Part shown: positions 13,764 to 35,920 of the stretch, in pieces
How the letters are laid out: every line of letters starts with the position of its first letter
Position numbering within the stretch: position 1 is the stretch's first letter
DNA from: Amoebidium appalachense
Lineage: Eukaryota; Protista; Ichthyosporea
Direction of reading: 5' to 3'
Assembly (NCBI GenBank): GCA_963693365.1
Contig: CAVNZM010000003.1
Span: 5,204,472-5,268,471 of the forward strand
Length of the DNA stretch: 64,000 bases
Notes under the pieces: generated by a model
What the model saw: the letters and a program-made list of their open reading frames with translations, nothing else
Database searches by the model: none
Told to the model about the DNA's origin: nothing
Program-made: the position numbers and the translations under genes

Positions 13764-14885
13764 TTTTTTTTCTTTTTTTTTTCCATAACAGATCCCACAC
13801 GTGTCTACTACTAGGGCAGTCATGGTTGCCATATCTGTTGGATCCCCCCTCCTCCCCCCCCCCCCCCCCCCCCCCCCCACACACACACACTCCCAACAAA
13901 CCTCCAAGTTGGGACACACACCCACACACCACTACCACCATCCAGCCTAAAAAAAAATAACAATAATGATCAAACCCCCCCCCCCCCCCCTCCCCCCCTT
14001 CCCCTATCCCCTCCCCCCCCCCCCCCTCCCCCCAACACCCACCCACCCACCCACCCACACAGACGCAAACACACACACACACTTCTCAGGTGCCAAATCA
14101 CTGGAGCATATGAGTATTATAAATCTAACCCGATGATTTGGACCCTACATGCCATCGCCGTAACTCCCACGACTCGTTCTTTCAACCTCGTAGAACCCCT
14201 TCTCCCCTTTCCCCCTCTCCCCCCCTCCTCCTCCCCCCCTCTCCCCCACCGGTGCCACTATACACACTCACTGAACCCCCTTCCTCTCCCCTGCTACTCC
14301 TCCCCAGTCTCATCTTTTTACCCCCCCCCCCCCCCCCCCCCCCTCTCCCCACCCTCTCCTCCCCCTCCTCCCAAAGGCCCCTGTCTACCTCGCCTGCTTT
14401 CTGCGTGTATAGATGCATGCAATCGGTTAACTCGCTCCTTTTAATGCTCACGATCTATTGGCTGCTGCAGATCTTAAACATTTGGACGGTGGTGAGCATA
14501 TTGGGCTTTACAGCCAACACAACACCGAGCGGTGTGCTTTCTGCCTTCCCTGATGCCTCTTCCTGTCAGGTGTGTGTGCGTGTGTAGGTGACCATGGAGA
14601 AAGAGGCGGGGGGGGGGGGGGGGAGGGGGGGGGGAGGGGGGGGGGGGGGGGGGGGGGGTGGGGGAAGGAGGGGGGGAGGGGGGGAGAAGGTGGGGAGCAA
14701 GGGATGTATGTGCGTGCTTTGGGGGGTGGGAAGGGGAACCCGGGGGGGGAGGAGGGGGGGAGGGGGGGGCCGGGTTGAGTGTGGGGGTCCGAGAAACCGT
14801 GAATGCCTGTGTGTGTGTATGTTTGAGTGTGCATTCATCACTTATGATGTGTTGTTTCTTTTACGTGCGTGAAATCTGTGCGAGT

Positions 14886-14947
<62 letters not shown>

Positions 14948-15015
14948 GATGAACACATGCGTGTGTGTGGGTTGTGCGGGTATCTCCCTTGTAAAGCAGT
15001 GAGGAGACGGAAGGG

Positions 15016-15051
<36 letters not shown>

Positions 15052-15497
15052 GTGGTTGTTGTGTGCGTGCATGCGTCACACGCAATGCATGATTCCGCAA
15101 TGGGGTGCTATGGATGTGATTGCATGCATGACATGAATGTGTGCATAATCAGAAGTTCGGGGATACATAATGAGTATCCTTGAAAGATGCACATGCATGT
15201 GCATTTGTGCACAATTATGCCAAGTAATGCTTGATCATTTGGTTTTTCCCCACCCTCCATCCGGCTTTCCCCTTCTCTCACTGCTTCCTTGAATAGTGTC
15301 GAACTAAAACCCTGACCGAATGATTTTCAAACTTCCCAGCACCCAACGTGCATGCACCACATTCATTTTTGGCCATCCACCCCCCTCCCCCCCCTCCCCC
15401 CCTACCCCTCTCTCCCCTCTTCCCCCCCCTTTCCCCCCCCCCCCCCCCCCCGTTTTCCGCTGATCTGTATGTAGACCTGCTAATCCCCCTCGCCACG

Positions 15498-15538
<41 letters not shown>

Positions 15539-16083
15539 CTCTCCCTCCTCTTTTCCACACACAGGTGATTTGGCCCCGTTTCCTCCTTGCCCCCATCCTT
15601 TCCTACGTCGGAACCTTGATTTTCACCTCTCTCCTTGCTCGTCAGAGAATGCTCTACCTTATATTTACGTGCACATTTGACATGAGGGGAAAATCATGGA
15701 GACACATTCTATCCGCCGTTTGCAATCGTTTTCGTTTTTTTGCTAATTTGCGAGGTGGGGAGGTGCTATGCTCCCCTTCTGGGTCTAATGGGGGTTTTTC
15801 GCACCACGGTGTGGGTGATGATTTTCAGTGGGACCGTTTACTACACGTATCGGACAAGATCGGCCGATCGCATTTTCGTTGATCGGTAGGTTGTTATAGC
15901 CCCTGTCACCTCATCCTGCCCCCCTCCCCTCCCCAGCCCCCCTCCCCGGCCTCTCCCCCTTCTTTCCACTCCTCCCAACCTACCCGTCCACCCAACTGCC
16001 TCCGGTTTTTCCTCTGCCTCCCTCCTTCCCCTCCGTGCACACACTCATATTATTTCTCCCCTCTCTCTCCCTCCCTTCCCCCC

Positions 16084-16134
<51 letters not shown>

Positions 16135-17154
16135 GGTGGGTGCCCAGGTATTGTCTACACTTGCCGGCTGGTTGATAATCGAAATACCCATCCCTGCTAT
16201 TCTCCAAACCCGCCCGCCGCCCACCCACCCATCCACTTACCCCACCTACCATCACCTTCAATCCCATTCGTGTAGAACTCCCCGAATCAAAGCCCCCCCC
16301 CCCCCCCCCCCCCCCCCACCCATCCCCTCTGGGTCAACACACACACACACACACTCACACACACACACAACGCGCAACACACACAAAAGCGGCAGACATG
16401 CACACCACAGAAAGTGAACCGTAAGCCACAAAATTCGACATTATTCAAAGCAATGGTAGTACTTTAACACTTTCCAACAATCCCATTTTTAGTAAATCAC
16501 ACATGTATTACGCCACACATAAAGCAACCCATTTCCCCCCCCCCTGCCCCCCCCCCTCCCCAACACTACCACCAACGCCACCGCCACCACCCCAACCCCA
16601 ACCAAAGGTTACTGCTTTAGTTAACGGACCCCTCCTTCCCGACCTCCCCCCTCCCCCTCCCCCCCCCCCCCCCTTCCGCCTCCCCCCTGCCCCCCTCCCC
16701 TCCCCCTCCTCTTCCCTCCCTCTCCAGCCCTCCCTCACCTCCACCTCCCAACCCCCCCCCCCACCCCCCCGCAAAAAAAAACCTGAACTAAAAAAAATAA
16801 AAACGAAAAACAAAATTCATAAAAAAATTAATCAGCAAGCCCAATTTGCTGGTGTCCCTCTACCCGATGTTCAGTTACTTCCTCGTCGCCGCCTTTGCAC
16901 ACCTCAAGTTCTGGAGGCCATCTCTCCCCACCACCGATCCTCCAATCAAATCGCACGGAATGATGCTCCTTTTGCACGATCTCACCCTGACGGTTACGTT
17001 CCAGGCGGGGTTTTCGTTGGTTTTATTGAACAGTTTTGCGACTATTCACATGAGGCAGTGTCTGTGGCCGGATGGGGAGTCGTTTTTTATGTCCGTTCGG
17101 GACCAATTTTATGCCCGGACTGTGTCTGAAAATAGATCACACGTTGTGAGATAA
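13065..17154 (+). CDS. Multi-pass membrane protein, weakly class-C GPCR (7tm_3)-like; exons about 13065-13621, 14090-14159, 14471-14569, 15565-15885, 16836-17154; needs 2-3 frame corrections (assembly error or pseudogene)
   Basis: Complex-sequence islands bounded by AG/GT encode hydrophobic segments: VLLFIFLSIVLTVPAQTFTLMYGI, LLAASLGVSVIMTGFLGHSFYVFF, MIWTLHAIAILNIWTVVSILGF, CQVIWPRFLLAPILSYVGTLIFTSLLARQRMLYLIF, FAIVFVFLLICEVG, LLGLMGVFRTTVWVMIFSGTVYY, LLVSLYPMFSYFLVAAF, LTLTVTFQAGFSLVLLNSF. Junctions 2/3, 3/4 and 4/5 are in phase. The start codon and exon 1 frame are uncertain. Confidence 0.6.
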
Positions 17155-18523
17155 AAGTATTTGTAGTGAGAAAAGTTTTATGTAGTGATAAACATTTTGT
17201 ACGTAGCCTATGATCTTTTTTATTTCCCCCTCCCCCTCCCCCCCTCCTCCAGTACTATTCCTCTTTGTGTGTTTGCACTTGTGTTGTTCGTCATTGATGT
17301 GTACTTTAGACTACGGTAAGGCATAAAGAATCTATTATCCCCCCCCCCCAAAAAAATAAAAAATAAAAAATAAATAAAATAAAATAAAATAAAAATAAAA
17401 CACCTAGTTTCTTTTTAGGTGGTTGTTGACTGGCGAATTGAGGAGTTACTTAGATCATACGGGTACGGGTTGTATGTCAAAGTATAGGGTTTAGTGTCCC
17501 TGTTTTAGAGCCTTTTCCTGTTTGTACCTATAGCTGGTTATTGTATTATATCATAGTATTCTTTTTTACTTTTACCAAAGGCACCCGCTTTGCACGTATA
17601 AGAAACTTCAAGTGTGGCCATCCGTAGGAGTATGGAACAACTCCACTTGTAACGTTCAGATCTTGTGTATATCGGATATCAGCGCTGTTGTTTTTTCTTC
17701 TTTCTTAATTTTTATACCGAATCCCATGACCTCGTTCTCTTTTTATGCACAATACCATGAGTACACATGAATAAAGTGATCTATGAAATGCACCAACAAA
17801 ACTTCTTAGAAGTGAAAAATTTTATTGTTTTTCGGGGTGTACATACCGTTCGTCAAACTATATGGCTTGGTACCGAGATGCATCTATTCGGACACCTCTG
17901 TAATAATCATTCCATGTGCACTTGAGCATACTTGCTACGCACCAGCACACCATGCGAATTGGAAGCATGCATGCAGGTGTACGTAGCACACACGTGCATT
18001 GGCAAGTGGATAGCACACACATTCACACACACACACACATACGGACAGAATGTGACGTGCAAACATTTACAAGCACAACTGTAATAGTATAGATATCGCG
18101 CAGCCATGTGCGGTTCATACCGTAGCATACCACACACATAGTCGCAAACACACACAGCCGTTTACTACCACAGACACAAACGTGGACGTGCACGTGTATG
18201 TACGGTGTTAATTTGTAGTGACTGTTGCAAATGTATGCCTCGGTTTGTTCGCTTCCTGTTTTTTTTTTTTTTGTGGGCCCCCAAAGGGGGAGGGGGAGGA
18301 GGAGGGGCGGGGAGGGGGGGAGGGGGGGGGGGGAGGGGGGGGACTTGTCTAATAAGGGATGGTGGCCATGGGCGTGGTATCTATATTTTTTGTGGGCCCC
18401 GGGGGGGTGGAGGGGAGGACGCTGGTTTGACTCGAGGGGTGCACGGTGGACATACGTATGGTTTTTCTTTTTCTTTTTTTTCGTGGGTCCCCCGGGGGAG
18501 GGGGAGGGGAGGGGGAAGGGCGG

Positions 18524-18557
<34 letters not shown>

Positions 18558-18701
18558 CTACTGGCTTAAGGAGGGGTCGTGGACGTGGTCGTAGGTCGTG
18601 TGTTCGAAGCAAAGCGTGCAAGTGGCCGGAGGGAGGAGGGGGGGAGGGGGGGAGGGGGGGAGGGGGGAGGGGGGAGGGGGCGGTGGGGAGGAGGGGGGTT
18701 G

Positions 18702-18838
<137 letters not shown>

Positions 18839-18988
18839 CAGCGTGTGCAAGTGCATGGGAGATTCGAATGAGGGAGTGCTTGTGTGTACCCGCTTGCCTG
18901 TCCGTGTTATATAAAACGAGAGGCAGGAGATAGACCGTCTTCTCTTCTTTGTTTTTGTAAGCGTACTTGTGGCACACTGCTAGGAGTG

Positions 18989-19064
<76 letters not shown>

Positions 19065-19230
19065 CCTTTCTGGGCAGCATGAGCATATGTGTTACGCACA
19101 CGTGCGCGGATCCGTTTTAGTTGCTCTGTTAAAAAAAGCGTGATTCGTGTACGTCCTTGTGTGTGCGCCGCGCGACATGGCCACACATGACTTCTAGTTG
19201 CAGCCGTTTTGGGCTTTTGGGTTAAGTTTT

Positions 19231-19370
19231 CGAGCATGATTGTGCATGATTGTGCATGATTGTTCATGAAGCTGCATGAATGTGCATGAATGTGCATGAA
19301 TGTGCATGAATGTGCATGAATGTGCATGATTGTTCATGAATGAGCATGAAGGTGCATGATTGTGCATATC
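19231..19370. repeat. 10-bp minisatellite (TGTGCATGAW), about 14 units
   Basis: Directly visible tandem units tgtgcatgat / tgtgcatgaa / tgttcatgaa. Confidence 0.9.
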
Positions 19371-19450
19371 TGTGCACGTGCACACCCACGTGTGTCGTGC
19401 ACACGCACACACACGTGGGTGTGCAGGCATGGCTGTCACGGTAGGTGTGT

Positions 19451-19481
<31 letters not shown>

Positions 19482-19839
19482 GGAGGGGGGGAGGGAAGGG
19501 GGGAAGGGGGGAGAGGGAGTGGGGAGGGGGGTTGGTGGATGTATGTATTTGTGGTTGTGTTCATGTTTGTGTGCGTGTTCGGATTGCAAAGTAACAGGCC
19601 AGGTTGCTCACCTGCAAAACCCCCGTCTGCGTTTTCCAGGCCAGTGTGTGGATGGAAGACGAGGGTGTGGGCTGGGCTGGTCTGGTGGCCCAGAGTGGCC
19701 GGCTGGTGATTAAGACTGTATAGAGAGATAGGTCAGTGATAAAAGGAAGGGGTAGGGAAGGGTGCGAGTCGATTAGAAGTCTACAGAAGGGGGAAGTAGG
19801 AAGGGCAAGGGGAGGAGGTGGGGGGGGGGTGGGGGGGGG

Positions 19840-19985
19840 GTGATGTATGCGTTGAGAGGGTTGGAAATATGGAGGAGACAACAAAGAGCAACAACGAAAA
19901 ATCACAAACGTGGGACATCCAAAATCAAACAATTAAGCGTGCAGGCAGAAGACACTTGAACAGAGCCCATCATCAGGGGGGTTCC
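19840..19985 (-). repeat. Repeat family copy, subfamily B
   Basis: Shares about 140 bp with 6862-7000, including an identical ttaagcgtgcaggcagaagacacttgaacagagcccatcatcaggggg. Confidence 0.85.
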
Positions 19986-20105
19986 TATGCCTCCACAAAA
20001 GCGGGGGAGGGGGGTGGGAGGGGAGAGGATGTACGGGATGGGGGGAAGGGGGGACGGGGGATGTGCAAGAAAGGTGACAAAACCATTGAGGGGTGGTCAA
20101 CAATT

Positions 20106-20136
<31 letters not shown>

Positions 20137-21017
20137 GGGGGGGGAGGGGGGCACGCACTTGTTTTTGTGTGTTGGGGGTGAGAGATTAAGGAGAAGAGGA
20201 CCTGGGGGGGGGGGGGAGGGGGGGGGGGGGTCATAAAGTTCCGAAAGGAAGGAGAATAAAGAGAGGACATACCCATCTATGGCCCGACTTTGTCAAGGGC
20301 TTGTCAAAGTCGTTTTCTTGTTCTACTTTCAGTGCATGTGGATGCGTGCATGTAATTTCTGAACAATGTTTGTGTTCACGTGTGGGCACGTGTGATTTTC
20401 TAAATACAGTGGCTGTTTCATAATCGTATATATTGGTTTCTTTTATAGGCAAAAACTCGCACCTTTTCTTTTTTTTAGTATTCTATCTTACCTTTCCATT
20501 TTGCCTCATAGAGGATACCGTCTTCCACTTGGCTCCACCTATGCCCCCTTGTAGAACGGCAGAACTACATCAAGGCGCACCCCCCCCAAAAAAATATACA
20601 ACAAAAAATAAAAACCCACCCACCTTCCCTTTTTACAGCCCCGGCATGTCCCTGCCGTGTGGCTGCATTCGGTCCACCGTTGAGGCCCAAAATGGCTGCT
20701 GAACTCCGCACCGTGGCTGCATGCATCCCATGCACGTGATATTGGTCCAATTAGAGAGAGGTATTGGAGGAAGGTGCCGAACCCCAACAGTGCCCAGTGT
20801 TCTTTAATCATTGCCTCACTTTAGCCATAGTAAATCCAAAGGGGAAGAAAACTTTCACATACCGTATAATCCAAAGCACGATACCCCCCCACCCCCCCAC
20901 CCCCCCACCCCCCCCCTCTCCCCAAGGGTGAAATTGTGTGTGTGTATGTGTGTTTGGGGTGGGGGGGAACGGGGAACGTGGCAGGTGGGGTGGTGGAAGG
21001 GGAGGGCCGGGGGAGGG

Positions 21018-21059
<42 letters not shown>

Positions 21060-21852
21060 TAGACTGTGAGGTGAGGAAGTGGTAGGCTAAGGGGTGGGCG
21101 GCCGTGGGGGAGGGAGGGCGGAGGGGTGCTTGGGGGGGGAAGGGGAAGGGAATGGGGAGAATGGGAGGGAGGCAGGGGTGTTCTTAAAACGAAAAGATCA
21201 TGAATAATGAAGTGGAATTGTTATTGAGGGCAGGCAGGCCAGACGCACGGTGGTGTGGAGGGCCGGGGGGGGGGGGGGGGGGGGAGGGGGGGGGGGAGGT
21301 GTGTGTGGGGCGGGTTGGGTGTGTGTGTGTGGGGGGGGGGGGGGGGTGGCGGGTTGGGTGAGTGTGTGGGAAGGGGGGGGGGGGGGGGGGGGGGGGTTGG
21401 TTCAGTATATGACAACAGTTACATGTTTCTCATTTTTCCTGCACATGATGTCAGGTCCGCCCATCCACGTAAACAAATCGAATACGGTATATCTACCACC
21501 AAATTCCTCCCCCCCTTCCCCGCGCCCCCGTCCTCCCCCCAACCACCCCCGGCTGCCCCCCAACCCTCCGGCATCCCTGTATTCATCTCCACAAGCACCC
21601 TCCCCAAAGATATCACCATTCACACACACAGTGAGGGGCTTGATCGTTTTGGTCGTGTTAATTTGCAGGGGGGCATAAACTGCTTGTGCCGGCCTGTATA
21701 TGGACCCTTTTTCTTTATCTTTTGGTTCTTTCCTCTTCATAAGGAAGGTGAGGAGGGTGGGGTATGAGCTATTTCGACCCAAATTTCCAGTCTCACACCA
21801 ACGGTTAAGGGTGCAATGTCCATGTGTGTGTGTGTGTGTGTGTGTGTGCGTG

Positions 21853-21893
<41 letters not shown>

Positions 21894-21968
21894 GTGTGTG
21901 TGTGTGTATGTGTGTGTGTGTGTTGGGGTAGAAGGAGGGAATAGGAGAGGGAAGGGTGGGGGTGGGGG

Positions 21969-22006
<38 letters not shown>

Positions 22007-23670
22007 CGCGTTGAGTTTGTGGTGTATGAGCGATCAGGCAAGAAGGGTAGGGGCAGAAGGAGGAGGAATGGGCTGGGTAGGTGGGTGGTTGAGTGGGTGG
22101 GGGGGGGGGGGGAGAGAGGGGGGGGGGGGGGGGGAGGGGGGGGAGATCGATTGTGATGCTTACTCTGGTGCATGTGGCAACGGCAGAGGTGTGCTGGCCT
22201 AAAGAAGCACAGCAATTTGCAACCCGCTGTCCAAACATGGTGTCTGAGGTCGTAGTGGTCGAGAAGCGTGCGGGGGAGAATGTGCGCAGGACGGGGAGGG
22301 GGCGGGGGGGGGGGGTTGGGGGGAGGAAAGGGGGAGGGAGGAGGGGGGGGGGGGGGGGGGGAAGGGGGAGGGGGGGGGGGGGGAAGGCGGGAGAGGGGGG
22401 GTGGTCAGCAACAAAGTTTGTTTGGTTGAAAGACCGAAAAAGTAAGAAGAATGGGGCGAGTTGGTGTTGAGGGGTTTACTTCGGTCAGGGAAGAATGGTA
22501 ACGGGATAATCCTGAACAGCAAAAAGGGGGATCGGGGCCGATGGGGACAGGGAAGCGAGGGGAAGAATTGAACGGGGCAGATGTAGGCAGGTAAGAAAGA
22601 AAGGGGCAATTCATGCCATAGGCATGACTGAGATGGTGGTAATGTTGGGCTAATGGAGTGGGAAGGTTGGTGGTTGCCCACGGTGAAAACTGCGGTAGGG
22701 GAAGAGGGGAGAGGTTGGACGAGAGGAAGGAGAGAGGGCGGTGGGCGAGTTGGGGTTTAAAACATGGTGATGTCGCTTGAAGAACACGCTCAGAACAAGA
22801 GGGGTCGGCTTCAAGCTGGTCAACGCAAACCCTGAAGCATTGCTCCCATTTTATGTTGCACACCGTGCGCGGGCCTTTTTATAACCGCTTGCTACTTTGC
22901 TCTTGGCACTTTGGACTAGCGCACTGCCCCATGCCCCCATTCAAGTTTCGCTCGGCCTATGTCAACATGTGGCAAAAACCAGATGGTACGTGGGACACAC
23001 GTTAACCCCCCACCATCAGCACCATATGTGCTTTCAAAGTACTACACGTGACGTGTGGGGATCATGCTTGACACTTGTACCGTACACAGAGTGCATGGGT
23101 GCGTGTGTGACATGTACATCAGTGTGTTACGGTGCAAACAGTGTGAGACCGGTACTGTGCACATATGCATGTAAACCCGCGCGGATGAATACAAAAATTC
23201 AAAAACATTATCCCGTAGTAATAATATTCTTTTGATAATTTGGGCACCATTGGATTTTTTTCAATGGAAAGGGGGTGTCTTAGAACATTTTATTGATGCT
23301 CTGGGCTTATTGCAAGAGATAATAGGGTATATTTACCTGAATTTTGGGGGCCAAAACCGGGAAATGATTGCAGGGCTGCGGTTCCCTGACAACCAATCAA
23401 ATGCATGGACCATAGATAAGCTTTTTATGGAAGGTGTTTTTTCTCATACTTGTCACAGACTCTCTTCATGACAAGTTCCGTTTTGGGTAGGACTTAGGAC
23501 TCGATTTTGGAGACTGAAACATGCTGGGGTGTGATTTTTGATGTAGTTGAGAAAGGAAAACATCAATAGCTCAGAAGCCAAACGTGTGTGAGAGGGTGCA
23601 ACTTAGTGGCCCACTTTGTACCTCACATCAACATCAACAAACAAGCAACAATCCTCCTTGTTAGTTCACC

Positions 23671-33003
<9,333 letters not shown>

Positions 33004-33031
33004 GAGGACGGGTGTGTGTGTGTGTGTGTGT

Positions 33032-33070
<39 letters not shown>

Positions 33071-33338
33071 GGGAGGGATCGGTAGGTGTTGGAAGAGTTG
33101 TGTTTTCTTTTTCCTTTCGTTCTTTTTTTTTTTCTTTTTTTTTCCCCCTTTTTTTCGGGGGGAGGGGGGGGAGGGGGGGGACAGAAAGAGAAAGAGGGAG
33201 AGAGAGAGAGAGAGAGAGAGAGAACCGGCACTTGTGTTCACGGGCACGGAAGTGTATGTTTAGTTTTATTCGTTTGTGACACGTAGGGTCAATCGCATCT
33301 CACAGTATGGGCTCGAGGTGTTTTTTTGCTTTGTTATG

Positions 33339-33421
<83 letters not shown>

Positions 33422-35677
33422 GGGGGGGGGGTTACACATTTGGTTTTTGATGTTTGTCTAATCGATTACCAATCATGTTGAGAGTTGTGTTGTTTTGCCC
33501 AATGGAAACCAATGAAAAACAAGTATATTAATCGTGGATGTATTTATTACCGGGTCAAGAAAGGAGAGTTGGTTGAACTTTCCAGGTTGTTGCAGAAATT
33601 TTTATAAACATGTTTGCTACTTTTTTTAAAAAAAAATATAAAAAAATTGCTACCTTTTTGGTTGTTTCAAAAAATTAATGCCGCTTTTTGGGTATGACTT
33701 TGCAGTTGTGCACACTGTCAGACTATGTACATAATGGGTCAGTTACATCGGTATCATTGACAATCACGGTGCCTTCAAATAATGACGTCTGATATAGCTA
33801 CAGTCATGATATATTTGCAAGCAAAATCCGAACGATGATTTCGCTGCAAGCAAAGGCAGAAGCATACACAAACGAAGCTCAGGCTCGACCAAGTCGACGC
33901 ACACACCATGCACACACGTACACACGTTTAGTCTTCATGCACGTGTATGAGGTTTGTACATGACATGAAGTACTACTACATGCACATATGTACTTGTGTA
34001 TCATCATCCTACTTAACAGAGTTTCGAGTCACTGACAAGACGATACCACAATAGTTTTCACCCGTCTGCCCGTGGTCCGGACCTTCTAATAGCTTCGAAA
34101 ACACTCATCCTTCAAAACGGATCAAACGGTTACCACATGTAAGCCAACACAACCATGTGCGCATGACAGACTGGAAGAATATCATTATACACAAATGAAT
34201 TTTAACATGTTCTACTGTAATGGAGTTGAGCTTAATATGTTCTGTGCCTTAAGTAAACATGACAATGCAAACCCCAGCCCCGGGCGGCCGCCGGCCCATT
34301 CACACGTACATGTCATCACATGGCTATCCTATCTGATATTTGCTGTGGCTTATCGGGCAGTGATTCACACAAACACACTCCAGGCTAAAAATAGCCGGTC
34401 CCCGCCAATCACGTTCTATTTGGTGCAATTTGAAGAGACAATGCACTGCAATGCGATTGCGGGCTGTACACACTCGCATTATCATGCACCATTGGATGGT
34501 CTCTAAGTTTGGAGGCTCGAGTAAGCCAGCGTTGAACCCCTTGTCCATATGCATGCGCGCATGCCGTGATGACTCCGCCTATTCACCAGGCCTATAGCTC
34601 AGGCTAGCTCCAGATGTGGACGTTGCTCACTACACAGCACATGTCTTACCTACCATGTGCATCTGCAATTTGAAATGTGATAAATTTTTGATGTGTGTTA
34701 AGGTGCACACATGATTTTGGATCTCTTTGTGGTATAAACGATTGAAGGTGGTGTGTTTGCTTCTTGGCTAGAAGCTTGGGCCTGCGCCGGTCACGGAACA
34801 AGAGTACCATCCGATTGGTTCGGATCGCATCGCTTGAGCAACGCGTTGATTTGTGTGCGGCTTGGCAAAGCTGGGTCACCGTCACTAGGACCCCCATGGC
34901 CCTGAATCAATGTGTACATGTGGTGGCCGAGTAATTTGTTTCAAAACCTTTAGTCTTGTCTGTATTGTAATTTAGGTATATTTTATTCTGCAGGCACGTT
35001 AGCATAGATACATGAAGGGCACATGCAGTACCCCTACCGATAGTTATTAGATCTCTGTGCACGTGTGACTCACTGACAAATGACAATTTCCTTTGCTTCC
35101 TTTGCATAAAAGTTTGCCTGACCCGACATATGCAAATGTTAGAATTGCAAGCTCGAACATCCTCTATGTAGACACAATAAGATATAGTGTAGAAGGGCCG
35201 AAAAAGCTCAAATTTTGTTTTAAAAACATGTATATCGCGCATTGATGTTCACTGAATATATTCCAATGGAAACATGACTCGATATTCTAAATTAACCAAT
35301 CGGAACGCGCCAACAAACAAAGATCGTGTCTCTATTTTGATTGGTTACGGCAGTTCAATTAATTTGCAGTGGTATTTACCTGAAATTCCCGCGTTCATCT
35401 GCAGGACCGATGATGTAGCGGTTTTATTGGCAAACTATGGGTCTAATGACCAATGATTATTGTTAGCTTTATACCTCTCTTTAGGCTTTGCAAAGTTGTT
35501 AATTTAAATGACGTTCCCCTGTGCGGACTTTGGCCTGAATAGGCTGATCGTTAGTCATGCAGCTTCATGGCAAGGTTACATATGTAATCCAGACGGTGTG
35601 CAAAAAGCCAATCAAATTACGCGACCGCACAATTCGTCTTGCCAATGTTGTCCAATAGGATAGGACCACAATTCACC

Positions 35678-35685
35678 TATATAAA
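35678..35685 (+). promoter_or_regulatory. Candidate TATA box with upstream CCAAT motifs for the secreted repeat-protein gene
   Basis: TATATAAA about 240 bp upstream of ATG 35921; CCAAT near 35608, 35642 and 35652. Confidence 0.45.
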
Positions 35686-35920
35686 GGCCCAACCACATCC
35701 CAAACTTTCAGTTCAGCAACGCGCCGGTTTCGGGTACACAAAAGGCACTTTTCGTTTCCCGTAAGAATCACTGCGGCGAAAGTTGTAGGCAGTCAGCAGC
35801 ATTAGCTCTACATCAGGCGCGCAAAAGGCGCATTAGGGGGAACCCCGTTTTTGGCCCCACTTGATCGTAGCCTCCAACACGTAGTTTTGTGTGTGTCTTG
35901 GCACTGCGAGAGGACACAGA

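Noticed and set aside
34646-34897. Possible Tc1/mariner N-terminal remnant (RDRRRPKLL...QRDPKS)
   Set aside because: Only a few residues of resemblance; no DDE domain or TIRs found.
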